A stretch of DNA of 63,860 nucleotides, filler included, from Octopus bimaculoides (Eukaryota), in assembly GCF_001194135.2 (NCBI RefSeq). It is 8 parts of 8 records of this genome, joined end to end, with 100 filler letters (N's around TTAATTAATTAA, not from the genome) between each part and the next. Parts side by side here need not be neighbours in the genome. Positions count along the whole stretch, not along the records: positions 38,148 to 46,076 come from NC_068996.1; positions 46,177 to 51,090 come from NC_068990.1; positions 51,191 to 53,760 come from NC_069000.1; positions 53,861 to 59,498 come from NC_069001.1; 4 more parts are not named here. One strand, 5' to 3'. The position numbers were made by a program, and so were the translations under genes. The notes below the pieces were generated by a model, which worked only from the letters and a program-made list of their open reading frames with translations, had not been told where the DNA came from and did no database searches. Of this stretch, positions 41,107 through 53,917 are shown piece by piece (the first letter of the stretch is position 1; the number at the start of each line of letters is the position of its first letter).

Positions 41107-41495
41107 CATCTTACTTGTTTCACTCATTTGACTGCGGCCATGCTGGGGCAACGCTTTGAAGGGTTTTAGTCGAACGAATCGATCCCAGGAATTATTTTTA
41201 AAGCCTAGTCCTTATTCTTTCGGTCTTTTGCCGAGCCGCTAGGTTACCAAGCAGTAGTGATAGAGATACACGGACACAAAGATACATACACATAGACATA
41301 TGAGAGGGTCTTGAAAAGTTCTTGGCTTTAAGGGAATCATGGAAGGAGGCCCAACATTTCAAGTTCATTTACCGTGCTTAGAAAAATGGAGGATCGCTGC
41401 GATATATGAATCTGAGAGGGAATGTACTGAATAATTAACTGATCCTCCTGTATTTTCTTTTGCCCAAAGCCAGCAACATTTTAGCATCTCCTCGT

Positions 41496-41538
<43 letters not shown>

Positions 41539-41665
41539 ACGGGGTTCTTTCAGTTTCCGGCTTTGGTCTGCCAGAGGCTATAGTAGAAGCAAACTTACCC
41601 AAAGTGCATACATACCAACTACCTACATGGTTCTGGGCTCGGTCCCAAAGTGGGACTGAACCCGG
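41107..41665 (-). mobile_element. Family B SINE interrupted by a mariner MITE
   Basis: 3' part about 41107-41280, 5' part about 41536-41665, MITE in the internal microsatellite. Confidence 0.7.
41301..41494. mobile_element. Mariner-type MITE (~195 bp)
   Basis: TA|TGAGAGGGTCTTGAAAAGTTCTTGGCTTT ... AAAGCCAGCAACATTTTAGCATCTCCTCG|TA imperfect TIRs with TA flanks. Confidence 0.75.
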
Positions 41666-41997
41666 AAGCATGTAGATATGTAGTATGTAGATAAGTATGC
41701 AAGTGAGTAGAAAGGTTGGTAGATAGGTAGAAAAGTAGAATATAGAAAAAATTAGAAATGTAAATGGAGTTCGGTTAGAAAATACAACTCTGAGTGCCCA
41801 GTGTTTCAATCGACTAAATTAGCGTTTAAGTGACTGAAGTCACACAGACACGTATTTCAGAAGCATGTTGACTGTTACACGAACGATATAACCAGAGTTT
41901 TGTCTACTTTTCTCCACTCACAAATTATAGGTGAACCCGAGACTACAGAAGTGTAGTTTGACAAAGAAACTAGGCAGCCGAGAATATCAACCGAGAA

Positions 41998-42069
<72 letters not shown>

Positions 42070-43014
42070 ACTCTGTATGTGTGTGTATAGATTATACATG
42101 TATATATTACATATCTAAAGTATATANNNNNNNNNNNNNNNNNNNNNNNNNNNNNNNNNNNNNNNNNNNNNNNNNNNNNNNNNNNNNNNNNNNNNNNNNN
42201 NNNNNNNNNNNNNNNNNNNNNNNNNNNCCTATACATGTACATGTATTATACATATATTATTATATATACATATAGGTATATATATATAGGGAGAATTTAC
42301 AAAAACAAAAACAAAAGACGAAGGCAGGTGCTGTAGACAACGAAAAGTTGTATTAGTATAACGCTCAGGAAGTGAAAAAGTCTTTAATGTTTCGAGCCTA
42401 CGCTCTTCCACAGAAAGGAACACAGAAAGAAACAAGAGAAGATAAGGAATGTGCAGTGGCTAGCGATCTATCACGGCGAAGGCCGGACAGAGGTGTCAAG
42501 CAGGAGAGCTTGGAAAAAGGGGAGATAATAAAGAAGTAGTGATCCCAAAACGAAGGTGCGCATACGTGTGTATAAGAGAGTATGTATGTGCGTGTTGTGA
42601 CCTTGACGCGTGCGTGTGTGTATGTGTAGGTGTGTAGTTGTGAGGCTGGGAAGTGGTCAATGTTAGTTCGTGCGTGGTGGTGTGATGTGGCGTTTTGTGG
42701 TATATATATGTATGCATGTATATACGTCTAGATATGTATACCTATATGTGTGTTTGGATGTTTGCGTGCGCGCATATCTATCTATTTACGTATCTATCTA
42801 TCCATATATGTATGTATATATATATATATATACGCATATATTTATATACATGTATACATATCTTGTATATATGTGTGTATGTGTGTGCGTGTGTACGTGT
42901 GTGTGTGTGTGCGTGTTTATGTGTTTGTACGTGTGTGTGTGTTTCTGTTTTTATGCTTATGTACCCGGTGTACACTAGTATAAGGAACTAGTCTTTATGT
43001 TAAAAATATAGGGT

Positions 43015-43071
<57 letters not shown>

Positions 43072-43739
43072 TATCGATATCTAGGCACACCCTTTTCTCT
43101 CTCAATAATTATGATGCCCACTGTTATTCTATTTCTATTCTTTCTGTCTCCCTCTCTTGTTCTTTCTTTCTGTTCTTCTCTCCCAGCCTTTCCCTATTCT
43201 TCTTCTTTCTCCTTCACCGTTCCCTCTCGCTCTCTCTCACTTTTCCTTCTTGACTCTCTTGTTGCTCACACGTGACCAACGGCCATTCATTTTTGTTTCT
43301 TCCACTTCTTTCCTAAAGACAAGACGTGTTTTTACCTGTCTCTTCTCAAAGTTCGTTTATCTAGCGGTCACCAGTTCACATCGTCTTGGCTTAATAGCCC
43401 TCACCGTTTGTTTTTACTGTTTTGTTCTCACTGTCCTGTTTTTGTTTCCACTTTCACCCTCCGCAAAAAATACCAAACATGATTTAATTTGCTTTGCGGA
43501 AGGACTGTTTTAACGAAGTCGCGTCTTGTCCCTACCTCCGAAACGAAAATAGGGGACAGCTGATGAAGGGAATGTTCATTATGTTGACTGTTTTGTTTTT
43601 CTGTATGTTTGTTTCTTTCGTTCTTCGAAAAAAGTTCGTTTTCTATGTTTTTGTTTTATATGTTCTCATTTCTCATTTTGTCTACGTTTTTTTGATATCC
43701 TGTACCCATATATGCATGCATATAATTAATTTTAGCTGC

Positions 43740-44903
43740 AAACAAATTTTAATGTCATCAATGTGTTTGTATCGAATTAACATTTGTCAAAATCAAGTGT
43801 GGAATACAAAATCCATCATGTGGTGTCCGTTTTCATTGATGTATTTCTGAAGGCGTTTTTGAAAGTTGGCTTCCTCTTTCTCCAGCATTGCTCTGTCGAT
43901 TTGGGCGACTTCCACCCGAATAGCTTCCTTCAAATCCTCAACGTGCCTTAGGGACCAAGGAATGTCAGTAAACCTGGAAATACTCTGGTCGTGTTATCCG
44001 TCGTCCCATCATGCTGAAACCACACACATCGAATAGGTATACGTTTTCGATGTAATTCAGGCATAAAGAAATTATCAACTCGATATAATGCTCGTAGCTT
44101 ACAGTAACAACATTTCCATTATTCTCTTCAAATAAGTAAGGACCAATGATAGCAGCTTTTCCAACAGCGCACCCGACCGTCACTTTTGGACTGTGCAGTG
44201 GTCTTTTTGTGCAGTTCTCTCGTATTTTCAAGAGCCCAATAACGATAGTTCTGATGATTCACCATGCCATCGAGATGAAAATCAACTTCATTACACATTA
44301 ACAAATTGAGGCTGTCATTTGCCTCAAAAATTGTTTCCATCTGACGTCCCAAGTTAAGCCGCTGTGCATAGTCTCATGGTTTCAACCGTTGCCCAATGAC
44401 TAATTTGTATGGGTGGAACTGCAGGTCTTCATGCAAAATACACTTTACCGATAGATTACCGATGCCAAGTTCAGTGGAATGCCTCCGAGCAGAGCGATTA
44501 GGACTCCATATCAAAGCTTGTCTGATGTGTCCCGTATTTTCCGGGGTCGGTACCGTTCATGACACCCCGCTGGTCTCCTATTCCTTAGTGTATCTCGTGT
44601 ACAAAATGCATTCACCCAACGTAAGATTGTGTTACGGATGGGAACAGCCTGATTTCGGTGAATGTTGAAGTGACGCCGAAACTCACGCTGAACTGCTGCG
44701 ATAGATTCGTTATTCTTCACGTAACTGTCGTAGGCAAACACGCAATGTTCTATCGGCTACAGCACCATGGCTTCACTTGATAAGAAAGAAAACTGCTAAG
44801 ACACCACGGAGCGAACGGTACTTGTCAGAAATGGCCCCCCCCACCCCCCTGGGGCTGAGTAATAGCCATTTCAAAAATGTCATTCCTCTCTACCCCACCC
44901 AGC
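43740..44903 (-). mobile_element. Tc1/mariner transposon remnant (DUF4817-HTH, maT/rosa-like)
   Basis: SIAAVQREFRRHFNI..P.RNTILRWV; EVDFHLDGMVNHQNYRYWA; LHSPKVTVGCAV..IIGPYLFEE; C-terminal FQKRLQKYINENGHH; frameshifts. Confidence 0.85.
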
Positions 44904-44949
<46 letters not shown>

Positions 44950-44965
44950 AGATATAGATATATGT

Positions 44966-45044
44966 GGAGGCACAATGGCCCAGTGGTTAGGGCAGCGGAC
45001 TCGCGGTCGTAAGATCACGGTTTCGATTCCCAGACCGGGCGTTG
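44966..45044 (+). mobile_element. tRNA-derived SINE head (family C); body in gap
   Basis: A box TGGCCCAGTGG, B box GGTTTCGATTCC; no matching acceptor stem, so not a tRNA gene. Confidence 0.75.
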
Positions 45045-45530
45045 NNNNNNNNNNNNNNNNNNNNNNNNNNNNNNNNNNNNNNNNNNNNNNNNNNNNNNNN
45101 NNNNNNNNNNNNNNNNNNNNNNNNNNNNNNNNNNNNNNNNNNNNNNNNNNNNNNNNNNNNNNNNNNNNNNNNNNNNNNNNNNNNNNNNNNNNNNNNNNNN
45201 NNNNNNNNNNNNNNNNNNNNNNNNNNNNNNNNNNNNNNNNNNNNNNNNNNNNNNNNNNNNNNNNNNNNNNNNNNNNNNNNNNNNNNNNNNNNNNNNNNNN
45301 NNNNNNNNNNNNNNNNNNNNNNNNNNNNNNNNNNNNNNNNNNNNNNNNNNNNNNNNNNNNNNNNNNNNNNNNNNNNNNNNNNNNNNNNNNNNNNNNNNNN
45401 NNNNNNNNNNNNNNNNNNNNNNNNNNNNNNNNNNNNNNNNNNNNNNNNNNNNNNNNNNNNNNNNNNNNNNNNNNNNNNNNNNNNNNNNNNNNNNNNNNNN
45501 NNNNNNNNNNNNNNNNNNNNNNNNNNTATA

Positions 45531-45564
<34 letters not shown>

Positions 45565-46176
45565 GACATCTACGAAATTATGTACTGGATATATTTGACA
45601 AGAACCTCTGAATGCAGCGCTCTAGCATGTTTAATGACCAATGTAGTAAAAGCTCTGTCAAATTACAGATGTATCTACCACTGAAAATGAAAAACTTATA
45701 ACAGAAGATTCTGTCATTGTTGTTTAAAAAAATACAAACAAAATGATGAAAGCGATATTACACACCTAGAGCCTGTTAAAGAAGAAAAGAATAAAAACAC
45801 GCGAAACTATGTTTAATACATAGTATCTTTCATCAAAAATAGTCTTAACTTATCAATTTGTTATGATATTTCGTATTAACCGCAATGAATAAAATACAGT
45901 GTTTAAGACCATTATAGTTTCCAGCAGGGAGCTCATTAATTCATGGGACTGGACCAGATCTGAGTTGCCTGAAGGCTCTTTTATTTCAAGGAGATCAGGA
46001 ATACAAAGAACTAGTTATACATACATACATACATACATACATACATACATACATACGTACATACATACATATATATNNNNNNNNNNNNNNNNNNNNNNNN
46101 NNNNNNNNNNNNNNNNNNNNTTAATTAATTAANNNNNNNNNNNNNNNNNNNNNNNNNNNNNNNNNNNNNNNNNNNN

Positions 46177-46218
<42 letters not shown>

Positions 46219-46259
46219 CAACATTTTTTTCCCTATTTTCTATGTGTTCGATATACCAT

Positions 46260-46735
46260 AAGGATAATAACAACGGTAATGTCATCACGACCACCGTCAT
46301 CACTAGGAATAACAACACCAGCAACAACAATAACAAAAGAAAACAATGACAGCTACAATAAAAGCGATAGCAGCAGTAATAAACAATCACTATGCCAACG
46401 AGATGATGAAGCAGAAAGAATAGGCAAAACCCTATCGCGGGTGGCACATCGTCACCACTACCGCCGTTTGCGCAAGAACAACTATTATAAGAAATACAAC
46501 AATAACAGCAACAAGAAGAAAAAAGCACAGCCAAAAGGGACAGTAAAGACGCGAGTGTGGAAACAGTGACAGATGACAATATTGTGGATTGCGAACAAAA
46601 AAGAGAAAATGAAAGCGGTGACGCCAATGATGAGGAGGACGACGGCAGAGGCAGCGATAGTGAGAACGACGACCATGATGATAACGATGACGATAACGAG
46701 GTTGACGATGATGGTGAGGATGACGAAATATAATT
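46260..46735. repeat. Degenerate trinucleotide low-complexity tract (AAC/GAC/GAT-rich)
   Basis: Direct reading; source of the 210-aa Ser-rich ORF. Confidence 0.85.
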
Positions 46736-49700
46736 GCATATTCTTTGCACCATATTTCCAGGTGGAACATGTTTGCCACAAAAGTAGATTTAGATAAAAC
46801 TAAAGGGAGGTAACTATTATTCTAACGACCAGAAAATAAAACATGAGAGAATATGTAGACATTCATGTATGGGACTTTTCGGTAAACAAAGTAAATGCAT
46901 TAGAAAATGTAAAGAATTTAGCGTAGCAGATGCTATGAAAGTATAATGGTTTCTCCCTTCCTCTCAACACTCTCACGGGCTCTGATAACGGTCACGGATG
47001 CTGACTTCCCTTTTCTGACTGCATAGTAAAATATTGTATTCATTTTCTGTTGATGCAATAGGGTAGCAGTAATTGCTGTTGTAGTTACCTCAACGACTGG
47101 CTGGAGTTGTACATAGAGTGATTATTGGTAGGAAATCAATAAAGAAGTTTTAAATATTGCAATATTCATGTACACAGAAACAGTTTAACCTGTTACACCA
47201 CACAATAGAAAAGAATTAACTACCTTTCAGTTTTCACTAGATATTACAAATCTACGAAGCTTTGGTTGGCTACTCGATAACAATCGATTCGTTTAATCAC
47301 GGCTGTAGGTTCGAGTGAGAATCTATTATATCTTTAAATACATCCCATAAATAACAATTGTAAATACCAACTATTTGCGCATATCTTATGAAGGATCGTA
47401 ATTTGGTAGCTCGTCCTGCTAAAAACGATAACCGAAACCACGTCATCTCATGTCTAATTTTCTTAATTATGATGTTGCCCAGTGGTAGTATATCGCTGAA
47501 TATACATCTAAAATAAGGATATATTACGTCTAAAAATTTCAAGGAAATTTCAAGAATGGGGTGACTTTCTGCATATGTCTACTCCGACGTGAATGGCCAG
47601 GGGATTAAAAAGCAAAATAATACAAACTGTTGGCTGATTTCCTTGCTTGGGGTAAACATTTGTCAGTCGTAGTTTCTGTTGAAACAATTAAACTCATAGC
47701 CATCAATAACTACAAAATTGTGACTTTCCTGTGCTAATGAAAGAGCGTGTATCATGGTCACTCGAATGATCATAAATATAAATTGTTCCTAAAATCATAA
47801 CATTCAAAATGAAAGATCACTTTTAACGTATAGGTCTAAGTACGGAATTATCAAAAAATGGGCAAGATGTTATATTTAGAAGGCGTTTCATTTCAGACCT
47901 GTTTCTTCAATGCTGACTTGGAAGAACATATCATCGACTTTTACTCCATACAGATACAGCAATTTCAAGTGTTATAATGTTATCTACCATTTTTGATAGT
48001 TTCTGTTGTAGAAACTATAATTTAGAGTTGGGCAAATAACATTTCATTGTTTCTGTCATATTTAACAGACAACCAGTGGCAATCTCCAGTTCTGAGAAGC
48101 AAAATTTAAATTAAAATCTCGCCTCACGATTTTAATTTTCTTTTCGTTTTCTCTTCTTGTACAAGAATTTTGGTAAGTTAAGTTAAGCTGCAAACAAGAG
48201 ATTAATAACAAAAAAAATTAATATTTAACTAAATCCTTCGAAATTTAGATAATTTTCAAAATTAATTAACACACGTACGCAGTATATTTTTTTAGAAATA
48301 TTGTCACAAATAATTTTTAAATATCCAATGATCAGCAGGCAGGAAGATGTTATCAATCTGTACAGAAATTGTAATTTTATTTCTCGGCATGGATTACTGT
48401 GTCCGTTTTCACATTAATATATTTTATCATCTTCTAAATGTAGGAGGCTGGAGATAAGAGATAACTGCTGGTGTATATATATTGTTACTATTAGTATATT
48501 GTTTTTGTTATTTTCTGTGAATAGTCAGGTGTCACATTGGTCTGCTTAGAAAATAATTTCTTCCAAGATTAACTTGATAGCAACACATATCATAAAACAT
48601 TTGGACCTCTAATACATCAGTAAAATATATCGCTACGAGCATTTCTGCAAGCATTCATTTCGACTTATTGCTTTGTAGACCAACCGAACCACAGTGTACA
48701 ATTGTCAGAAGGGGATACTAGTCATCAGAGCGGTAAAACAATACACACTTAAAATGTGTGAAAACGCAAACACAGATCAAGTATTATAAACCAGAACAAA
48801 TGACAATGAAACGAAATAGCCCGCTAATATCCATTGATACTATTTGACAAGTAAAAACGCAAACATAAATGACATTAATCACAAACAAAAACTGCTAAAA
48901 CTTCTCAAACGTCATTTGTCTCAAGGATCTCCTTGAAATGAACAATTTCAAAGATGATTTGAGTTCAAGGACGAAGTATATTGCAAAATACATTATATCA
49001 CTACCCCAAAATTTTATCCTAGAAAAAACGTAAATGAAGATGGAATACGGAAAAGCTTCTGTAGGCCCTAAAAACATTAAGCTGGTCTTAAAACCTGAGT
49101 GAGGTGTGGCATGACGGAACAAGTCATTTGCTATTGTTTCATGGTTTATCTACAACCGAGAATCCGGTAAGGGGAGCAGGTACATCAGAGGAAGATCATT
49201 AATAATGGCGATATAATGCTGAGAGCTTAGTTGTTACATGTATTGTATTAAATGTCACATGATAGTATTCTGCTCAGAGAAAGAAGAAAATAAAAATAAA
49301 AATGAAGGTGGTAGATAGTAGTAAAAGCATTAACTGTAACATCTCTAGATATAAAGACTAAGGCTGTTGCTACTGACGTTTTCAAGTCATGACCAGTTAC
49401 AATACCAAAGGTCACCAGAGCCCAAGCCACGAAATAGGTTCATATTGAGTATCTGCAAGCAAAAAAATCTGACCTTACAAAAGTGGATATAGTGTCTTTC
49501 ATGACACAAAACAACCAACATTACACCGTCATCTTGATGCGATACACTGAGACTGAAGAGAGAGAGAGAAAAAAAAGGAAAGAAAAGAAAAACCATCGGA
49601 AACATTCAAATCAGAACAGAAACGAGGGCCAACATTAAGAATGGGTTCAGACTGAAAGGATGTAAGAAGATAAGATGGACGCCCTCATTCCTAGTTTGAA

Positions 49701-50787
49701 TGAAATACACAGGCGAACTACTTCATCATTAATTGTTTGAGGATGCCTTGTGATATTTCTTCCAGTTCTTTATAATATGAATTCAAATCCTGCCGAAGTC
49801 AATTGGCATTTCCTCCCTTCGTGGCTTAATTAAATGAAGTGGAATTCAAGTACTGAGGTCTCCACTAATAGATTAATTTCCTTGCCTCAAATTTTCTGGC
49901 CTTGTGCCTAAACCAGAGATCGTTATCATTAGCATCGTTGTCTAAAGGGCTCATGAAGTCGAAAACAGACACAGGCTATTCCCAACCCTTCTTCCAACAG
50001 GTCTCTCACGATATCACGGCCAGAGGCAGACATGTCTGCACCAGCACCTTGATTAGTGCACATTAGGTCCAGAGCACAACTCACCACCCGAAACTGAACT
50101 CATGACATGATTACGAACCTAAAATATGTAACCACCAATCCACGAAGCTTCTCACAAGTTATGTATTGGGTTTTTATTTTGTTATTTTAATTTTTTCTTT
50201 CTTTATACTTGGTAAAAATGGTGCTTCATTTCGCCTGTCTTTCTTCTCCAGATATAATTCCTGTTTGCAATCTTCCTCACTCTGCCTCCTTATGGAGAGT
50301 GAATTATTATTACTTTAAATCACTCGCATCGACAGTACAACTTTAGGTAATTTGTCTTACGGTATTTAAATGAACTCCTTAAGTTTCGTGTTCGAATTCT
50401 ACCTTGGTCCACTTTCACCCTCATCTTCCTTTGGTAGACAATACTTATAGCAGTCACCTGCACTGAATCAATTGAATTACCCCACATCCGCTTTTAATAA
50501 AGAGTAAGCCCCTGTGGAAATCAGGGATTCCATTATTATCACTACATGTATGGATTTCTTCAGCATCATTATCGTCATCATCCTCTCCATCACTATTATT
50601 TTAATCATCAACGTCATCATCATCATAATCTATTTTCAAATGAATTACCATTCATACATGCTAGTATCAGCGTTTATTTTTAGCATATGTTAAAACGCTA
50701 TGACAAAAAAAAACACTACACACACATATACACAAAGCACACACAAAGAGAGAGAGAGACGCACACAAGCGTATATACATGCATGCA

Positions 50788-50837
<50 letters not shown>

Positions 50838-51380
50838 AGAACAACAGAGACACGCGATTGTATGGTTGAAAAACGAAAAACGTCTTCATTAATATGACTT
50901 CCCTATCACTTTGTTGTTCGGCTGGAAGGTCTTAGAAAGAGACGGTATGTTCTGAAATATTTCTTGCCTGGTGCTTATTCCTAAGAGTATACATATATAT
51001 ATACATAGTGTGTGTGTGTATGTGCTTGTACGTTTGTGTTTTGTGCGTACAATATTGTATGAGTGTGTTATGTGTGTATGAAATATATATNNNNNNNNNN
51101 NNNNNNNNNNNNNNNNNNNNNNNNNNNNNNNNNNTTAATTAATTAANNNNNNNNNNNNNNNNNNNNNNNNNNNNNNNNNNNNNNNNNNNNTATATATATA
51201 TATATATGACATACCCAAGTGCCTTCGGTCAATCGGGCACTACCCGAGGACCCGGAGCTCTGAGGAGCCTGCAATCTACATGTTAACTCTACTGATATCA
51301 ATGCTAAGGGGCCTGGTAAACAGTTATACCCGAAGGCCCTTAATACTTTCAGTCCGCCCCTGCAAGTAGCTGTTACTTAC

Positions 51381-51638
51381 CATATCTTTTCTGAATTTCT
51401 TTTACATCATCAGAATGGAGTTTCAAGTTTGGTATGTAACCCGCATAGTACGGCTTCATCACTGACTCTTTGTTTCCCGAATGGGGTAGACCAAGGGCAT
51501 GACCAAATTCATGCGTAGCTATGTAGAATAAATCAACTCCTTTTCCACCACCTATGGTCCATGCTTCGTCATCATCAAAGTGAGTATCACCGCCTATTGG
51601 GCGGGGAATGGGGAAAAAGGCGTGGGCTAAGACTCCAA
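51381..51638 (-). CDS. Matrix metalloproteinase (matrixin, M10A) catalytic-domain exon; isolated
   Basis: Minus strand ttttag|TT GGA GTC...AGA TAT G|gtaagt, 258 nt, phase 1 to 1; GVLAHAFFP..GGDTHFDDDEAWT, zinc motif HEFGHALGLPH (HExxHxxGxxH), Met-turn SVMKPYY. Confidence 0.93.
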
Positions 51639-51725
51639 CTAAAAAATAAAAATTTATAACATTAAGTTTTAGCTTCACTGAATTCCTTTAAACATTTAAA
51701 TACAAAAATGTATACTAATATGTAT

Positions 51726-52085
51726 TGGCGCAGATGTGGCTGGGTGGTAAGAAGCTTGCTTACCAGCCACGTAGTTCCGGGTTCAGTCCCACTGCGTGGC
51801 GCCTTGGGCAAGTGTCTTCTACAATAGCTCCGGACTGAGCAAAGCCTTCTGAGTGGATCTGGTAGATGGAAACTGAAAAAAGGCCATCATATATATATGT
51901 GTGTGTGTCTTTGTGTTTGTCCCCTGATATTGGTGTGTTTACGTCCCCGTTACTTAACGGTTCGGCAAAACAGAACGATAGAATAAGTACTACGCAGAAT
52001 AAGTCTTGGGGTCAATTTCTTCGACTAAAAGCCTTTTTAAGGCGATGTTCCAGCATGGCCTCGGTCAAATGACTGAAACGAGTGA
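51726..52085 (+). mobile_element. tRNA-derived SINE, family B, nearly complete
   Basis: GGCGCAGATGTGGCTGGGTGGTAAG head, CCGGGTTCAGTCCC B-box-like, ccttgggcaagtgtctt (CORE-like start), tail aaatgactgaaac. Confidence 0.85.
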
Positions 52086-52711
52086 AATAATAATCTGTTA
52101 TGTTTTATTTGTTTCAGTCACTAGATTGCAGCCAAGCTGGAGCACTGCCGTGAAGGATTTTAGTCGAACAAATTGCTCATAGCACTTTTTAAAAGTCTAA
52201 TACTAATTCTATCCCTCAGTTTTGTCAAACCGCTAGATCACGTGGACGTAAACAAACTGATACCGCTTGTCAAGCGACTGAAATGACAAACACTATTCAT
52301 AAATGTAACAGAAAAACTGCCATGCGTCGAATATTGGTGGGAAACAGAATGTCTGACTATAGGAAGAAACATATTTAATTTGTTTTTCTACAAAATATAC
52401 TTATCCACAAATTTAGGAATTCGTCTTATGTGATAATGCGTCTTATACATAGGTAAATATGGTATATACTTACTAATCCTTAATATAGATACACGTGTTG
52501 GCGGCTAAATGTATTCTAATAGTGCTGATATCTGACGATGTCTTTTCTTATACTAAGAATTGTAGCCTTTTGTACCTTAGGTGGAGTTATGTAAAAATCG
52601 GCTTTCGATACACATTTGGTTTCAGACTTAATTTTTAGTGCTGTACCAATAAATCGAAAGATTGTAGCTTTTCTTTTTCTTTTTATTGGTTGTTTCCCTT
52701 TCCATATGAAA

Positions 52712-53345
52712 GCGTGTGGCTTAATGGTTTAAGTGTTGCACTCCCGATCACTAGATCGTGGTTTCGATTCTCGAACCGGATGGTGCGTGACGTTTCTTGA
52801 GCAAAGCATTTCATTTCACGTTGCTCCAGCCGGCTCAAATGTAAGTAAGTAGTCTTGCAACGAAATCACATCCCGTTCAAAGAGGATGTTGTGATCTCGG
52901 CCACTTATACGCCATGAAAACCGGGTATCCAACCCTATGAGTCCGAAAACTCGGAACGGTAACATCCAATGAACTTACATTAAATTTTTCCCTCTTTTCC
53001 ATAGTGATTAGTATAGTAAAGGCTCATTGCTCAGTGGTTAAAGCATCAGTCTCACAATGATGAGGTAGTGAGATCGATTCCCGGACTGGGCTCGGTGTTA
53101 TATTATTAAGTAAGACAATTTATTTCACGTTGCTCCAGTTTACTCAGCTGTTGAAATGAGTTGTGACGTCACTGGCGCCAACCTGTATCATTCTTTGCCT
53201 TTACCTTTGATAACATCGGTGGCATGCACAAGAGAGACTGGTACGCATGAGTGACTGCTGGTCTTCCATAAACAACCTTGCCCGGACTTGTGCTTGACAG
53301 GGGAACTTTCTAGGTGCAATCCCATGGTCATTCATGACCAAAGGG
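52712..53345 (+). mobile_element. Two tRNA-derived SINE copies of a further family (about 52712-52960 and 53020-53345)
   Basis: A/B boxes followed by ttgagcaa..tttcacgttgctccag shared between both copies. Confidence 0.65.
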
Positions 53346-53521
53346 TTCTTTAGACATATATATGGTGCTCATAAGTTTCGGGGCATGATGAAAACAGAAA
53401 GTGAAAGTATTATCCACATATCCGAGTCTAGCTTCTATTTTAAGGCTGTAACTGATTCATTTCAAAAGTATGTTTTCTTATATACATACATACATACATA
53501 TTTTCTTTTTCTTCTTTTTCT

Positions 53522-53720
53522 TTTTACTTGTTTCAGTCATTTTGGCTGCGGTCATGCTGGGACACCGCCTTTAGTCGAGTAAATCGACCCCGGGACTTAT
53601 TCTTTGTAAGCCTAGTACTTATTCTATCGGTCTCTTTTGCCGAACCGCTAAGTTACGGGGACGTAAACACACCACCATCGGTTGTCAAGCGATGTTGGGG
53701 GGACAAACACAGACACACAA

Positions 53721-53725
<5 letters not shown>
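53522..53725 (-). mobile_element. Family B SINE, 3' half, low divergence
   Basis: tttcagtcattttggctgcggtcatgctgg..gaaccgctaagttacggggacgtaaacacacc..gggggacaaacac. Confidence 0.8.
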
Positions 53726-53760
<35 letters not shown>

Positions 53761-53860
53761 NNNNNNNNNNNNNNNNNNNNNNNNNNNNNNNNNNNNNNNN
53801 NNNNTTAATTAATTAANNNNNNNNNNNNNNNNNNNNNNNNNNNNNNNNNNNNNNNNNNNN

Positions 53861-53917
<57 letters not shown>

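Noticed and set aside
43515-43575. GAAAC...acagCTGATGAagg motif (also about 40735-40775 on the minus strand) as a permuted hammerhead
   Set aside because: Both core halves are present, but I could not build consistent stems I and II in either copy.
44966-45044. Apparent tRNA genes (also the heads of families A, B and D)
   Set aside because: A and B boxes are present but the acceptor stems do not close and the sequences continue into repeat bodies; these are SINE heads.
46121-46781. 210-aa Ser-rich and other overlapping ORFs
   Set aside because: Products of a degenerate trinucleotide tract, open in several frames on both strands, with no domain.
49387-49442. Possible terminal MMP exon (ttgcag|AT ACT CAA..TGG TGA)
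   Set aside because: Phase fits but it would change the conserved YG to YD, shows no MMP similarity and lies across a join pad.
51215-51272. Possible minus-strand exon after the MMP exon (ttgcag|GCTCCTCAG..TGG|gtatgt)
   Set aside because: In the phase required by the MMP exon (phase 1) it hits TAG; the region looks like a MITE fragment.
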